A program made the position numbers and the translations under genes. From NCBI GenBank assembly GCA_023473785.1, contig JAMCYD010000001.1, forward strand, positions 1-48,486: a stretch of 48,486 bases of DNA, in the 5' to 3' direction. Source of the stretch: Patescibacteria group bacterium (GTDB lineage Bacteria > Patescibacteriota > Microgenomatia > Levybacterales > UBA12049). Positions 1 to 9,880 of the stretch are shown in pieces (within the stretch, counting starts at the first letter, position 1; each line of letters opens with the position of its first letter). The notes beneath the pieces were generated by a model. It was not told the DNA's origin and did not search any database. It worked only from the letters and a program-made list of their open reading frames with translations.

Positions 1-43
1 CGACAATTTTTCTTTTTTCAACTGTTAATTTCTCTCGCTTCAT
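1..43 (-). CDS. rplY: N-terminal fragment, probably 50S ribosomal protein bL25 (runs off window start)
   Basis: Manual translation from ATG at 43 gives MKREKLTVEKRKIV(G), resembling the bL25 N-terminus (L.v..R...GK). Only 14 codons are visible. Confidence 0.5.
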   Translation of the reverse strand, partial: MKREKLTVEKRKIV

Positions 44-113
44 TAGGTTTATATTCTACATTAACTTTTACTTTATTACAACACTTACTTTAGTGGTATA
101 ATTTACTCAACTT

Positions 114-602
114 ATGCGAGTATTAGGCATAGATCCGGGAATTGCCAGAACAGGCTGGGGAATTATAGAAGAAAGCAGCGGTAAATTTTTGGCTCTTGAT
201 TATGGTTGTTTTGAAACACCTTCAAGTCTTGAGACGCCAAAAAGACTTTCTGAAATTTACGATAAGATTATAAGTTTAATAAATAAGTACAAAGTTAAGG
301 CGCTTTCGGTTGAAGAGCTTTTTTTCAACACCAATGCAAAAACCGCTTTTGTAGTCGGGCAGGCAAGGGGAGTGGTGCTATTAGCAGGAGCCCAAAAGAA
401 AATAGAAATAGAAGTTTATACGCCCTTGCAAGTGAAAATTGCTATTTCAGGATACGGGAGGGCAGAAAAAGCACAGGTTGGAAAAATGGTAAAAACAATT
501 CTCAATCTTAAGGAAATTCCAAGACCTGACGATACGGCAGATGCTCTGGCAGTGGGACTTACGCATTTATTTTCAAGAAAAGTAGGTAAGCATGATAGGT
601 AG
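114..602 (+). CDS. ruvC: Holliday junction resolvase RuvC
   Basis: LGIDPG, VEELFF, QARGV and PDDTADALAV motifs; first gene of ruvCAB. Confidence 0.96.
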   Translation: MRVLGIDPGIARTGWGIIEESSGKFLALDYGCFETPSSLETPKRLSEIYDKIISLINKYKVKALSVEELFFNTNAKTAFVVGQARGVVLLAGAQKKIEIEVYTPLQVKIAISGYGRAEKAQVGKMVKTILNLKEIPRPDDTADALAVGLTHLFSRKVGKHDR

Positions 603-1167
603 TCTTAAAGGAAAAGTAGAATTAAAAGACGCAACTACGCTGATTATTGATGTAAACGGAGTAGGCTATAAGGTAACGGTTGCGGCAGATGTTCTAGGGA
701 GTGCCGTACTTGGATCACAGATTAAAATATATACTTATACTTATGTCCGTGAGGATGTTTTGGAGCTTTTCGGATTTTCCCAGGCTGAAGATTTAAAACT
801 TTTCGAAAGAATAATCTCAGTCTCAGGCATTGGCCCTCGAAGTGCAATAAATATTTTTTCAGTAGGAAATAGGGAAAATATAATTGAGGCAGTTATTAAA
901 GGAGATGTAGAGTTTTTTACTCAAGTGCCAAGACTTGGCAGGAAAAACGCCCAGAAAATTATCATTGAGCTTCGGGGAAAACTTGGAAGCCTTGAAGATC
1001 TGGATTTATCTCAAGAGACAGATGGCGAATCAATAGAAGTCTTAAGTGCTCTTAAGGGTTTTGGATTTAGCGCAAAAGAAGCAAGAGAAGCGATTAAAAA
1101 CATTGATAAAAAGATAGAAGGAGTGGAGGAAAAGGTAAGACTGGCATTAAAATACTTAGGAAAATGA
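592..1167 (+). CDS. ruvA: Holliday junction branch migration protein RuvA
   Basis: MIGSLKG...[17 protein letters not shown], HhH motifs VSGIGP and VPRLGRK, C-terminal ALKGFGFS. Confidence 0.96.
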   Translation: MIGSLKGKVELKDATTLIIDVNGVGYKVTVAADVLGSAVLGSQIKIYTYTYVREDVLELFGFSQAEDLKLFERIISVSGIGPRSAINIFSVGNRENIIEAVIKGDVEFFTQVPRLGRKNAQKIIIELRGKLGSLEDLDLSQETDGESIEVLSALKGFGFSAKEAREAIKNIDKKIEGVEEKVRLALKYLGK

Positions 1168-2198
1168 AAAATAAACCAACGAAGAGAAAAATTGAGGAAA
1201 CAGAACCGGAGGAAGAAGTTCTTTTTACATCCCTTAGGGTTTCGGAATGGACCGGGTTTTTAGGACAAGCACAGGTTAAAGAGTCTCTGCAGATTGCTAT
1301 AAATGCTGCAAGGAAACGGAAAGAAGCAATAGAGCATATACTTTTGTATGGTCCGCCCGGACTTGGTAAGACGACCCTTTCTCATTTAATCGCCAGGGAA
1401 ATGGGAAGTAATATCAGAGTTACCAGTGGACCGGCGATTGAGAGGGCAGGGGACTTGGCATCTATTCTGACCAATCTTGAAAAAGGCGACATATTATTTA
1501 TTGATGAGATTCACAGACTTAATAAAGTAGTTGAGGAGACGCTTTATCCGGCCATGGAAGATTATGCTTTGGATATTGTTCTTGGCAAAGGACCATCGGC
1601 CCGGACACTCCGACTTGAACTTCCGCAATTTACAATTATAGGCGCAACTACCCGAATCGGGCTTATGTCTGCCCCTCTTCGTGATCGTTTCGGCGTAGTT
1701 CACAGACTCAGTTTTTATGATCCGACTGAGCTTGAGATAATTATAGAGAATGCCGCCAGAAAACTTAAGGTCGCAATTGATAAGGAAAGTGTCAAGCAGA
1801 TTGCCAAGAGAGCAAGGGGAACTCCTCGAATTGGTTTGAAATTATTAAAACGTGCAAGGGATTTTGCGCAGGTAAAAGGAGAGGGAAAAATTACAAAAGA
1901 ATTGGTTTCGGAGGCCTTGAAAATGCTTGAGGTCGATGAGATGGGCCTTGATAGTTCTGATCGAAGATTCTTAAAGGCAATAATCGACAAGCATGGGGGT
2001 GGGCCGGTCGGTCTTGAAACTATTGCATCAACGATATCTGAAGATGTCGGAACACTTGAAGAGGTAATAGAGCCATATCTTCTTCAGATCGGATTTATAA
2101 AAAGGACTTCAAGAGGAAGAGTCGCCACCCCCGCCGCCTACGAACATTTAGGTAAAAAACTCCCCGAAGAATCCAAAAAACAACAGAGATTGATATAG
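1164..2198 (+). CDS. ruvB: Holliday junction branch migration helicase RuvB
   Basis: [43 protein letters not shown]. Confidence 0.98.
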   Translation: MKNKPTKRKIEETEPEEEVLFTSLRVSEWTGFLGQAQVKESLQIAINAARKRKEAIEHILLYGPPGLGKTTLSHLIAREMGSNIRVTSGPAIERAGDLASILTNLEKGDILFIDEIHRLNKVVEETLYPAMEDYALDIVLGKGPSARTLRLELPQFTIIGATTRIGLMSAPLRDRFGVVHRLSFYDPTELEIIIENAARKLKVAIDKESVKQIAKRARGTPRIGLKLLKRARDFAQVKGEGKITKELVSEALKMLEVDEMGLDSSDRRFLKAIIDKHGGGPVGLETIASTISEDVGTLEEVIEPYLLQIGFIKRTSRGRVATPAAYEHLGKKLPEESKKQQRLI

Positions 2199-2264
2199 CC
2201 TCCTCATTTATAATTTATTTATTGTTGACATTGGAAATACTCAGTAGTATTATCGGCAATACAT

Positions 2265-3041
2265 ATGAATAAAAGAGAGGGTAATATCATTGAATTTCCC
2301 GATCAAAGACCAGCAAGAGGATCTATTCCTCAATTTATCAAAAGGGAGATGCCTGTCTATGAATCTCCAATTACATACGACATACAAGATATAGAAGCAA
2401 TTTGGAGGACAATACAGCACCCTCTTATCTTTGAAAGAGGTCAATGGCGATTAATGGATGACCCTCCTTACTTTAGGATTGGACCGTATACCGTTGATCC
2501 AATTACCGCTCCCTTTTTGTATCTTCCCAAAGGAGAAGGGTACATAGGCTTAGACCTTGCGATTGCCCTACCGGAAAGCTCCATAATAAGACAAAACAGC
2601 TCAGGCGGTTTCAGAGGAAAGTTCAGAAGAGCTCTCAGAAAATTTGTAGATGAAGAGCTAGAAACAGGGGATTTTAACACTGATGTGATGGACATAAGAC
2701 GTGTTATTAGACCAAAAGGCTTTTTTGATAGCCTCTTTCATGGTAATGAGATTTTGGAAAACGAGAGAGTTGCCAATATTTACCCTAGAGGTCACTTTAA
2801 TTTTGACTTCCCGCGACCCGGAAATATTCTCCAGTTGCAAGCAGGACTCGAAACAGGATTAAACATAGCAATTGTTTATGCAACCGAACTTTTAAGAAGG
2901 GAGAGGATCTTAATTCCGACAACAAGAATTGTCATTGGTGATCCGAATAAATTTGTAGATGATGATAATCCTATAACTCCAGGTGGTAAAGAACACATGC
3001 GTAAAGAAGCTATTGCGAGAGCGGTGTTAGACAAATATTAG
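2265..3041 (+). CDS. hypothetical protein
   Basis: 258-aa ORF with its own promoter (TTGACA 2225-2230, 17 nt, TATTAT 2248-2253); no family recognised. Confidence 0.75.
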   Translation: MNKREGNIIEFPDQRPARGSIPQFIKREMPVYESPITYDIQDIEAIWRTIQHPLIFERGQWRLMDDPPYFRIGPYTVDPITAPFLYLPKGEGYIGLDLAIALPESSIIRQNSSGGFRGKFRRALRKFVDEELETGDFNTDVMDIRRVIRPKGFFDSLFHGNEILENERVANIYPRGHFNFDFPRPGNILQLQAGLETGLNIAIVYATELLRRERILIPTTRIVIGDPNKFVDDDNPITPGGKEHMRKEAIARAVLDKY

Positions 3042-3063
3042 AGACTAATGATAAGGAGGGATC

Positions 3064-3621
3064 TCATCCGCCCAGACCATGGACGCCACCTTCAGAAGTA
3101 GATGGATAACTACGGGATGGACCATTTAAATACATTTCTTTTAAAACTCTCTTCAAATTATTTTCATTCATTCCATTGTCTTCTTGGACTCTGTCTATAA
3201 CAAGTCTGCCTTCGTTGTCCAAGCATAATGTTATACCAAAATACTCCATGTATGACCAACTGCCATCTTTTGGATTTAGTCCTGCCTTCCATTTTCCAAA
3301 AAAACCTCCTATTGTTCTTGTTCTACCCACTGTCCAAGTAGCAAGTCTTTTTGGTTCGTAGCTTGATATTTCTTCGTGATATTCAAATGCAAAACTTGGC
3401 CATGTCGCGCGTCCAAGATCTCGCATTAATCTGTCTACCATCGGTTTGACCGGTCCAATATGCCTTCTGATAAACCTCCTGCGCTCTTCCTCAGTTTTTT
3501 GTCTCTCTCTTTCCCATTCTCTTTCTCTTTTGGCGTCCCTTCTGGATTCTTCCGCCTTTCTTCTTGTCTCTTCGAGTTCAGTTTCTCTTTTTGCCCTCCT
3601 TAATTCGTTCTCAAACCCCAT
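3064..3621 (-). CDS. hypothetical protein with charged coiled-coil N-terminus
   Basis: 185-aa ORF, AGGAG Shine-Dalgarno before ATG, E/R-rich first 50 aa. Confidence 0.7.
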   Translation of the reverse strand: MGFENELRRAKRETELEETRRKAEESRRDAKREREWERERQKTEEERRRFIRRHIGPVKPMVDRLMRDLGRATWPSFAFEYHEEISSYEPKRLATWTVGRTRTIGGFFGKWKAGLNPKDGSWSYMEYFGITLCLDNEGRLVIDRVQEDNGMNENNLKRVLKEMYLNGPSRSYPSTSEGGVHGLGG

Positions 3622-3951
3622 TTTTCTCCTATTCTTCGAACGGCTGCTATATTGACTCTTTTTATTAACTCTTCAGAACCATTTCTATCTGGATGAAAGA
3701 ATTCTGTCTTTTCCAGTTATTCCTTAAATCTTTCAGCCATTCTAATACAAAACCAGCAACTCTTAAATGTGCCGATTTTGAACTTTTCTAGATCTCATAT
3801 TTATTTAATTTGCGATTTGAGCCGTAAAATCTTTCGTGTGGTAGATTATACATCAAATCTTTTAAAATACAAATTTAGAAAAGGGAAATATTTTCCTGGA
3901 AATTATAATTACCTTGACAAATAATTGTTATAAATATATTATAAACCCAAT

Positions 3952-4431
3952 ATGGCAGAGGATAGAGAAGCCAGCGGATTAGCTGCAAGGGGTGTTTCTC
4001 GAGAAGGAGCAAGACAACCAGAAAGAAAAACTGAAACTTTTGGTGGACACATTGAAGAACCAACATTACATGAGAGGGCTAGTCGGGGTTTCCAGTTTGT
4101 CTTCAAAGGCGCCCCTCGTACTAAAGGTGAGTATACAGTAACGGATAGTTTTCGTCTTGGAGAAGGACATATTAATGAGGAAGGGGTTTATGTATATTCG
4201 CACGTGGGCGTAGAGCATACGGTTCAGCTTAATAATCCAAATCCAGAAGCAACCGGAGAAGATCCATATAATTTTAATTCTGGTAAGCCGCAGACTTTTC
4301 ATTCCGAGTACTATCCGAAACATAATGTATCCGCAAGAATCGTTCCGGTTCCATTACCGGGCGCAGGAGGAGAAGAGCCAAAAGTTGAACTGCAAATAAC
4401 GGCAAGTGGCTCAATTATCCCTCCTTTTTAA
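3952..4431 (+). CDS. hypothetical protein
   Basis: 159-aa ORF preceded by TTGACA (3914-3919), 17 nt, TATTAT (3937-3942). Confidence 0.7.
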   Translation: MAEDREASGLAARGVSREGARQPERKTETFGGHIEEPTLHERASRGFQFVFKGAPRTKGEYTVTDSFRLGEGHINEEGVYVYSHVGVEHTVQLNNPNPEATGEDPYNFNSGKPQTFHSEYYPKHNVSARIVPVPLPGAGGEEPKVELQITASGSIIPPF

Positions 4432-4496
4432 AAATTATTTTTTCAAGATACATTTTTCAGTTGTCTGATTTTGAATACGCATGATACACTATCATT

Positions 4497-4838
4497 ATGG
4501 TATTACCTTTTTCTCCATCAATAACTAAGAACGGTTTTATATTTACATCAGGACAAGTTTACTTAACCCCAGAAGGCAAGCTCCTTGAAGGAACAATTGA
4601 AGACCAGACGCATCAAGTTATGAAAAATCTCCAAAGCATTCTTGAGAAAGCAGGGGTATCATTTAATAATGTAGTTAAGACAACTATATACACAACGGAC
4701 ATGTCTTTGTATGGGGAAATAAGTGAAGTTTATGTAAGCTATTTCAAAGAGCCTTTTCCTGCTAGGGAATTCGTATGTGTCAAAGAATTGCCTCTTGGAG
4801 CAAGACTTGAGATCTCCATGGTTGCCGTAAATGAATAA
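4497..4838 (+). CDS. RidA/YjgF family enamine-imine deaminase
   Basis: PFS...IFTSGQ, VVKTTIY, YF..PFPAR, LPLGARLEI. Confidence 0.9.
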   Translation: MVLPFSPSITKNGFIFTSGQVYLTPEGKLLEGTIEDQTHQVMKNLQSILEKAGVSFNNVVKTTIYTTDMSLYGEISEVYVSYFKEPFPAREFVCVKELPLGARLEISMVAVNE

Positions 4839-4859
4839 AACTTCTGATATAATTGCCCC

Positions 4860-5390
4860 ATGAATATACGTATTGTTCTATTGCCAGATAAAACAGGCGG
4901 TGAAACTTTTGAAAAATATTCAGAACTTATAAATGAAAAATTTTCTTGTCTCTTTCGGTTAGGAAAGAATTGTATTCCTCACGTAACTTTATTACACATT
5001 GAAATAGAAGATAAAAAAGTACAAGAGATCAGGGAAGAATTAGAAAATATTGCAAAAGAAACAGATAAAATCTTCCTCATTTTTAAATATGCAAGGCATG
5101 GGACTGAGTCAAAAGCCTTTATTGGACTCTATTTTAAAGATAATGATAAGGTAATACATCTAAGAGATAAAATTCACGAACAGATAAGTGGGTATATTTC
5201 AAATACGGCTTCATATAAAATTCCTCATCTAACCTTAACCAGGCTTAAAAACGAGGAAGATGTAGATAGTGTAGTTTTACAATTGGCTAATTTTCCCAAA
5301 AACAGCATTGTGTTTTCTCAGATCGCAATATGTGAGAGTGGTCGAAACGGGACATGCGTAGGAATATCTGAATCTTACAGTCTTAACTAA
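4860..5390 (+). CDS. 2H phosphoesterase (2'-5' RNA ligase superfamily)
   Basis: Two HxT motifs, PHVTL and PHLTL. Confidence 0.8.
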   Translation: MNIRIVLLPDKTGGETFEKYSELINEKFSCLFRLGKNCIPHVTLLHIEIEDKKVQEIREELENIAKETDKIFLIFKYARHGTESKAFIGLYFKDNDKVIHLRDKIHEQISGYISNTASYKIPHLTLTRLKNEEDVDSVVLQLANFPKNSIVFSQIAICESGRNGTCVGISESYSLN

Positions 5391-5414
5391 TTGGTGTTTG
5401 ATATTATTTTCCAT

Positions 5415-5984
5415 ATGAACAACACATTTTATTTCCTTAGACACGGAAAAACCAAGATTGATAAAAATGCACCAGTTAGCAGATGGGTACTTTCGGAAGT
5501 GGGGGAAAAGCAGGCAAGTCAACTGACAAGAGAGGGTGTTTTTGATGACATTGACCTTATCTTTTCTTCTACAGAGGATAAGGCTTATAAAACTGTTCTA
5601 CCTATTGCCGAGAAATTGGGCAAAAAAGTAATCAAGCTGGAAGCGATATGTGAGATCAACAGGGACAATAGTGGTTTTTTAGAAATGGAAGAGTATGAAA
5701 AAACAATAGGGCAATGTCTCAAAAACCCAGATAAATCATTCAATAGTTGGGAGACCGCAAATCATGCTCTTGAAAGATTTTCTAAGCAAATCTCTGAGCT
5801 AGATAAAGAATATTCAAATAAAAAAATTTTAGTGGTTGGACATGGCTTTACTATCAATATGTATTTTGCAAAACTTCTGGGTGTCCTTGATAAAGTTTAC
5901 GAAAGACTGAGCAGAAACGATTTTGCCGATTGGGGAATAGTAAAGAATCAAGCAGTCGTTAAGGATATAGCAAAACAGGCTTAG
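5415..5984 (+). CDS. histidine phosphatase (phosphoglycerate mutase-like) family protein
   Basis: LRHG and ILVVGHG motifs; start moved to ATG 5415, just after a TATTAT box. Confidence 0.85.
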   Translation: MNNTFYFLRHGKTKIDKNAPVSRWVLSEVGEKQASQLTREGVFDDIDLIFSSTEDKAYKTVLPIAEKLGKKVIKLEAICEINRDNSGFLEMEEYEKTIGQCLKNPDKSFNSWETANHALERFSKQISELDKEYSNKKILVVGHGFTINMYFAKLLGVLDKVYERLSRNDFADWGIVKNQAVVKDIAKQA

Positions 5985-6025
5985 TAGAATAATTTTCTGT
6001 TCATTGCTCCGATTATCTAGTTATG

Positions 6026-7558
6026 TTATGAAATTTCCTGCTTGGGTCTGAATTGCAGAGCTTCTGCGACATGCGTTGGTTTTATATTTTTTGACTGCTC
6101 AAGGTCAGCGATAGTGCGGGCAAGTTTTATGGTTCTCTGGTATGAGCGGGCCGAAAGCTTCATTTTGGTGACTGCCAAACGCAACAGCTCAAGACAGTCT
6201 TTTGTTAAAACACAAAACTCTTTTATATCCTTATTTCCCATCTCGGAATTTGAGGTAATTTTTTTATCTCTGAATCTTTTGGTCTGCAGATCGCGTGCAA
6301 TTTGCACTCTTTTTCTTATATCTCTTGATGTTTCTCTTTTTGTTTTGGAATCATCTACTGTTAATTTCTCAATTTTTACAGCTGGTACATCCAGATGAAT
6401 GTCTATGCGATCAAGCATGGGACCTGATATTTTCTTTTGGTATCTAATGATTTGAGATGGTCCACACCGGCACTGTCGGGTGTTATCCCCAAGATATCCA
6501 CAGGGACAAGGATTCTGAGCGGCGACCAGCATAAATTTGGCTGGAAAATTTATCCGGCCTGATGATCTTGAAATAGTCACGTTTCCATCTTCCAGAGGCT
6601 GTCTTAGTGCTTCAAGAACATAACGGGGGAATTCTGCAAATTCATCCAGAAACAAAACGCCTCTGTGCGCCAGGGAAATTTCTCCGGGCTTTGGCATTGT
6701 TCCTCCTCCGATGAGTCCAATATGCGATGTGGTGTGATGAGGGGACCTAAATGGCCTTTTTACGACTAGTGACTCTTTATCTAGAAGGCCTGAGATGCTA
6801 TATATCTTTGTCACCTCAAGTGCCTCTTCAAAAGTAAGGCGGGGGAGAATGGATGGTAGAGTTCGGGCAAGCAGAGTTTTTCCGGCACCTGGAGGACCCT
6901 TAAAAAGGATGTTGTGAGAGCCGGCGGCTGCAATTTCAAGTGCTCTTTTTGCCTGTTCCTGTCCTTTGATATCAGACATATCAAGATCAAAAAGATCGTC
7001 TTTGAAGTAAGATTTAATATTTATGTGTCTTTGGGGAGTTATTTGCTTTTGCCCGTTTAGATGATAGAAAAGGGAGAGAAGAGTTAGGACAGGAATGATT
7101 TGGATGTTGGTTAAAATTGCTCCTTCTTTGGCATTTACCAAAGGCAAAAAGATCCTTTTTAATTTTTTGTCTTTGGCCAATATAGCCTGAGGTAATACTC
7201 CATTTGTCTGACGAAGTCTGCCATCGAGTGAAAGTTCGCCCATAAAAATCGCATCCTCAATATCTGCTTTTAACTGCTCTGAGGCAAGAAGAATTCCCAA
7301 AGCAATAGGTAGGTCATAAGAAGGTCCTTCTTTTGGAAGATCTGCCGGTGCCAGATTGACTGTGATTCTTTTGGCCGGAAAATCAGCGCCTGAGTTTTTA
7401 ATCGCACTTCTTACTCTTTCCCTTGACTCCTCAACCGCTTTATCCGGAAGTCCTACAATCGTAAAGCTGGGGAGTCCTTGAGACGCCACGTCAACTTCAA
7501 CCTCAACCGGTACCGCATCAAGACCGACAATCGCTGCGGAGTTAACCTTTGCGAGCAT
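6026..7558 (-). CDS. comM: ComM/YifB family Mg-chelatase-like AAA+ ATPase
   Basis: VGLPDKAVEESRERVRSA, NLAPADLPKEG, GPPGAGKT, RSPHHT, LAHRGVLFLDE, NPCPCG. Confidence 0.93.
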   Translation of the reverse strand: MLAKVNSAAIVGLDAVPVEVEVDVASQGLPSFTIVGLPDKAVEESRERVRSAIKNSGADFPAKRITVNLAPADLPKEGPSYDLPIALGILLASEQLKADIEDAIFMGELSLDGRLRQTNGVLPQAILAKDKKLKRIFLPLVNAKEGAILTNIQIIPVLTLLSLFYHLNGQKQITPQRHINIKSYFKDDLFDLDMSDIKGQEQAKRALEIAAAGSHNILFKGPPGAGKTLLARTLPSILPRLTFEEALEVTKIYSISGLLDKESLVVKRPFRSPHHTTSHIGLIGGGTMPKPGEISLAHRGVLFLDEFAEFPRYVLEALRQPLEDGNVTISRSSGRINFPAKFMLVAAQNPCPCGYLGDNTRQCRCGPSQIIRYQKKISGPMLDRIDIHLDVPAVKIEKLTVDDSKTKRETSRDIRKRVQIARDLQTKRFRDKKITSNSEMGNKDIKEFCVLTKDCLELLRLAVTKMKLSARSYQRTIKLARTIADLEQSKNIKPTHVAEALQFRPKQEIS

Positions 7559-7642
7559 AAAATAATAATAACACGTTTTCTTAATCTATATCGTAAATCC
7601 TGAATTCTTCAAGAATCTATGTGTTATAATGCCCTTTACCAT

Positions 7643-8686
7643 ATGAGGTCGCATGAATCCCAGCCCTTAAATCTTGATATACCAAATACCGATCTTATTG
7701 AAGATTTAAAAAGAAAACATCTCATAAAAGATGGTTCTCCTTTTTGGTGGGGAACTGATAATCTTCCTGATCCAAGAGAATATATGCCCTTTGGGGAGTT
7801 TCTTGGAAAACTGGCTCATATAGGAATTGCAAAAACGACGACATATAGAAGAAGCATGTGGGGAGATCCAGATCTAGAGCATGATATTTACTTATATCCC
7901 CAGCCTCGTGTTCCGATGACTGTTATGGAGCTTGAAGTGAATGGACGATCCCTGCCCTTACTAATAACAGCAAGGCCGTATCATGAGAAAGAACTTCGCT
8001 CAGAGCCATTTAGCCGTTTTTTGCGTGAGCATCCAACTATTGATGATTTACGGGGATATGTGGCATCAGGTGGAACGGTAGAGCTTCCCGGACATTTTTA
8101 TCCTCACGTAAGAGGATTATTTGCCGGAAGAAGAGGTAATAATTACTTCTGGTATCTTATGCATATTACTGGTTTTCGGTTTGGAGATGATGTGAAAAGC
8201 GCAATGAAGAATAAGGGATTTCCATTTATCGGTTTTCACGAGCCCTGGTATGCGGCAAATAGAACTTATTATGATGTATGGTCTGAGTTGGAAGGAAAAT
8301 CAGATTTGGTAGACACGGGAAGGCCACGATGGATTGACTTTGAAGCAACTGAAGTGTCTGCTGAAAAATTTATTAAAGATCATAATAATTCAGATTTATT
8401 ATTGTTTTACCCCCTAAGAGTAGAGGGAATAGAGAAAACTCTTCCTCTTGCCATAGCCTCAAAATCGCACAAAGAAAGTATTATAAGAAAACCTATTGTA
8501 CTAGGAATTTATGCAGAGAACGGTTTAACTGGGAGGTGTAGAAGAGGTGGAATAATCAGGATAAAAGACAGACAACTTGCGCAGACAATAAGTACGGCTA
8601 TTTCAGAAGAGTTCGGAATTCCAGTTGACACCTTGCTTTTTACTCCGCAAAAAGGAAAACCAAAATACGAAAGAATATCAACTTAG
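7643..8686 (+). CDS. hypothetical protein
   Basis: Long ORF; likely start ATG 7643 downstream of TGTTATAAT; no family recognised. Confidence 0.75.
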   Translation: MRSHESQPLNLDIPNTDLIEDLKRKHLIKDGSPFWWGTDNLPDPREYMPFGEFLGKLAHIGIAKTTTYRRSMWGDPDLEHDIYLYPQPRVPMTVMELEVNGRSLPLLITARPYHEKELRSEPFSRFLREHPTIDDLRGYVASGGTVELPGHFYPHVRGLFAGRRGNNYFWYLMHITGFRFGDDVKSAMKNKGFPFIGFHEPWYAANRTYYDVWSELEGKSDLVDTGRPRWIDFEATEVSAEKFIKDHNNSDLLLFYPLRVEGIEKTLPLAIASKSHKESIIRKPIVLGIYAENGLTGRCRRGGIIRIKDRQLAQTISTAISEEFGIPVDTLLFTPQKGKPKYERIST

Positions 8687-8706
8687 TTAATTTTTATCTC
8701 GCTCGC

Positions 8707-8735
8707 TTGACAAAAAGAACAATTACATATATAGT
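8707..8735 (+). promoter_or_regulatory. sigma70 promoter of guaBA, probably leaderless
   Basis: TTGACA, 17 nt, TATAGT, then 5 nt to the ATG at 8741; no SD. Confidence 0.75.
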
Positions 8736-8740
8736 AAAGT

Positions 8741-9880
8741 ATGGAGCCTCAAAAATTCGGACTACCTCTTGGGCTTACTTTTGATGATGTTCTTCTTCTG
8801 CCTGACTACTCGGATTTCGTACGGCAGGAAATTGATCTTTCAGCAAGTCTCACCAGGAAAATAAAACTTTCGATTCCCTTTGTTTCTGCTCCCATGGATA
8901 CGGTTACCCAGGCAAAACTCGCAATTGCTTTGGCAAAAATAGGAGGCATTGGCGTAATTCATAGAAATTTATCAGTTGAGGATCAGGCAAGGGAAGTTGG
9001 AAAAGTCAAAAAAGAAAAGCTTCTTGTCGGAGCAGCAGTGGGGGCAAGCAGTTTTGAGGAAAGAGTAAAAGCACTTATCAAAGCCGGCGCGGACGTGATT
9101 GTGGTTGATTCAGCTCACGGATTTTCAAAAGGAGTTATTGAAGCAACAAAATATATTAAAAAGAATTTTAAAGTAGAAGTTATTTCGGGAAATATTGCCA
9201 CAGCCGATGGGGCAAAAGCACTTATCAAAGCCGGCGCTGATGCCTTGCGAGTTGGTATGGGTCCGGGTGCAATATGTACGACAAGAATTATATCGGGAAT
9301 GGGCGTTCCTCAAATAACAGCCTTATTTGAGATTTATAAAGTTTCCAAAGAAGCTAGGATTCCCATTATTGCAGACGGGGGAATAAGATACTCAGGAGAT
9401 ATGGTAAAAGCTTTGGCAGCTGGCGCCTCAACTGTTATGATGGGCGGATTTTTTGCACAAGCCCAGGAATCTCCGGGTAAGACAGTTTTGCTCAGAAGAG
9501 AACAGGTTCCAAGCAGGTTTCTAAGTGTGTTTAATAAAAAACATGAAACATACCGTTTCAAGGAATATAGGGGCATGGGATCTCAGGCTGCGATGAGGAA
9601 GGGTGTTAGGGTGAAATCAGAGGATGAGTTTCACGGAAAAAGCTATAAAGACAGAGTGCTTATTGCAGAAGGAATTGAGGGCCTGGTTCCCGTAAAAGGA
9701 ACGGTCAAGGAATTAGTAGATCAGGTGGTAGGCGGTATAAAATCGGGAATGTATTATGTCGGAGCAAAAAATTTAAAACAACTTTGGGAGAAGGCACGCT
9801 TTATGCAAATTACCCAAGCCTCTTTAACAGAAAGCCACCCCCACAGTATTTTAATTACCGATTCTGGAAAAAATTATTAA
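8741..9880 (+). CDS. guaB: IMP dehydrogenase (CBS-less form)
   Basis: [32 protein letters not shown] catalytic loop, IIADGGI, YRGMGS; directly upstream of guaA. Confidence 0.93.
   Translation: MEPQKFGLPLGLTFDDVLLLPDYSDFVRQEIDLSASLTRKIKLSIPFVSAPMDTVTQAKLAIALAKIGGIGVIHRNLSVEDQAREVGKVKKEKLLVGAAVGASSFEERVKALIKAGADVIVVDSAHGFSKGVIEATKYIKKNFKVEVISGNIATADGAKALIKAGADALRVGMGPGAICTTRIISGMGVPQITALFEIYKVSKEARIPIIADGGIRYSGDMVKALAAGASTVMMGGFFAQAQESPGKTVLLRREQVPSRFLSVFNKKHETYRFKEYRGMGSQAAMRKGVRVKSEDEFHGKSYKDRVLIAEGIEGLVPVKGTVKELVDQVVGGIKSGMYYVGAKNLKQLWEKARFMQITQASLTESHPHSILITDSGKNY

Noticed and set aside
3600..3800. Minus-strand MAERFKE* / MRSRKVQNRHI* fragments as a pseudogene or recoded stop
   Set aside because: Too short, no recognisable homology, and no other evidence of stop reassignment.
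9784..9879. N-terminal extension of GuaA in the ORF track
   Set aside because: It overlaps guaB; homology starts at ATG 9880.
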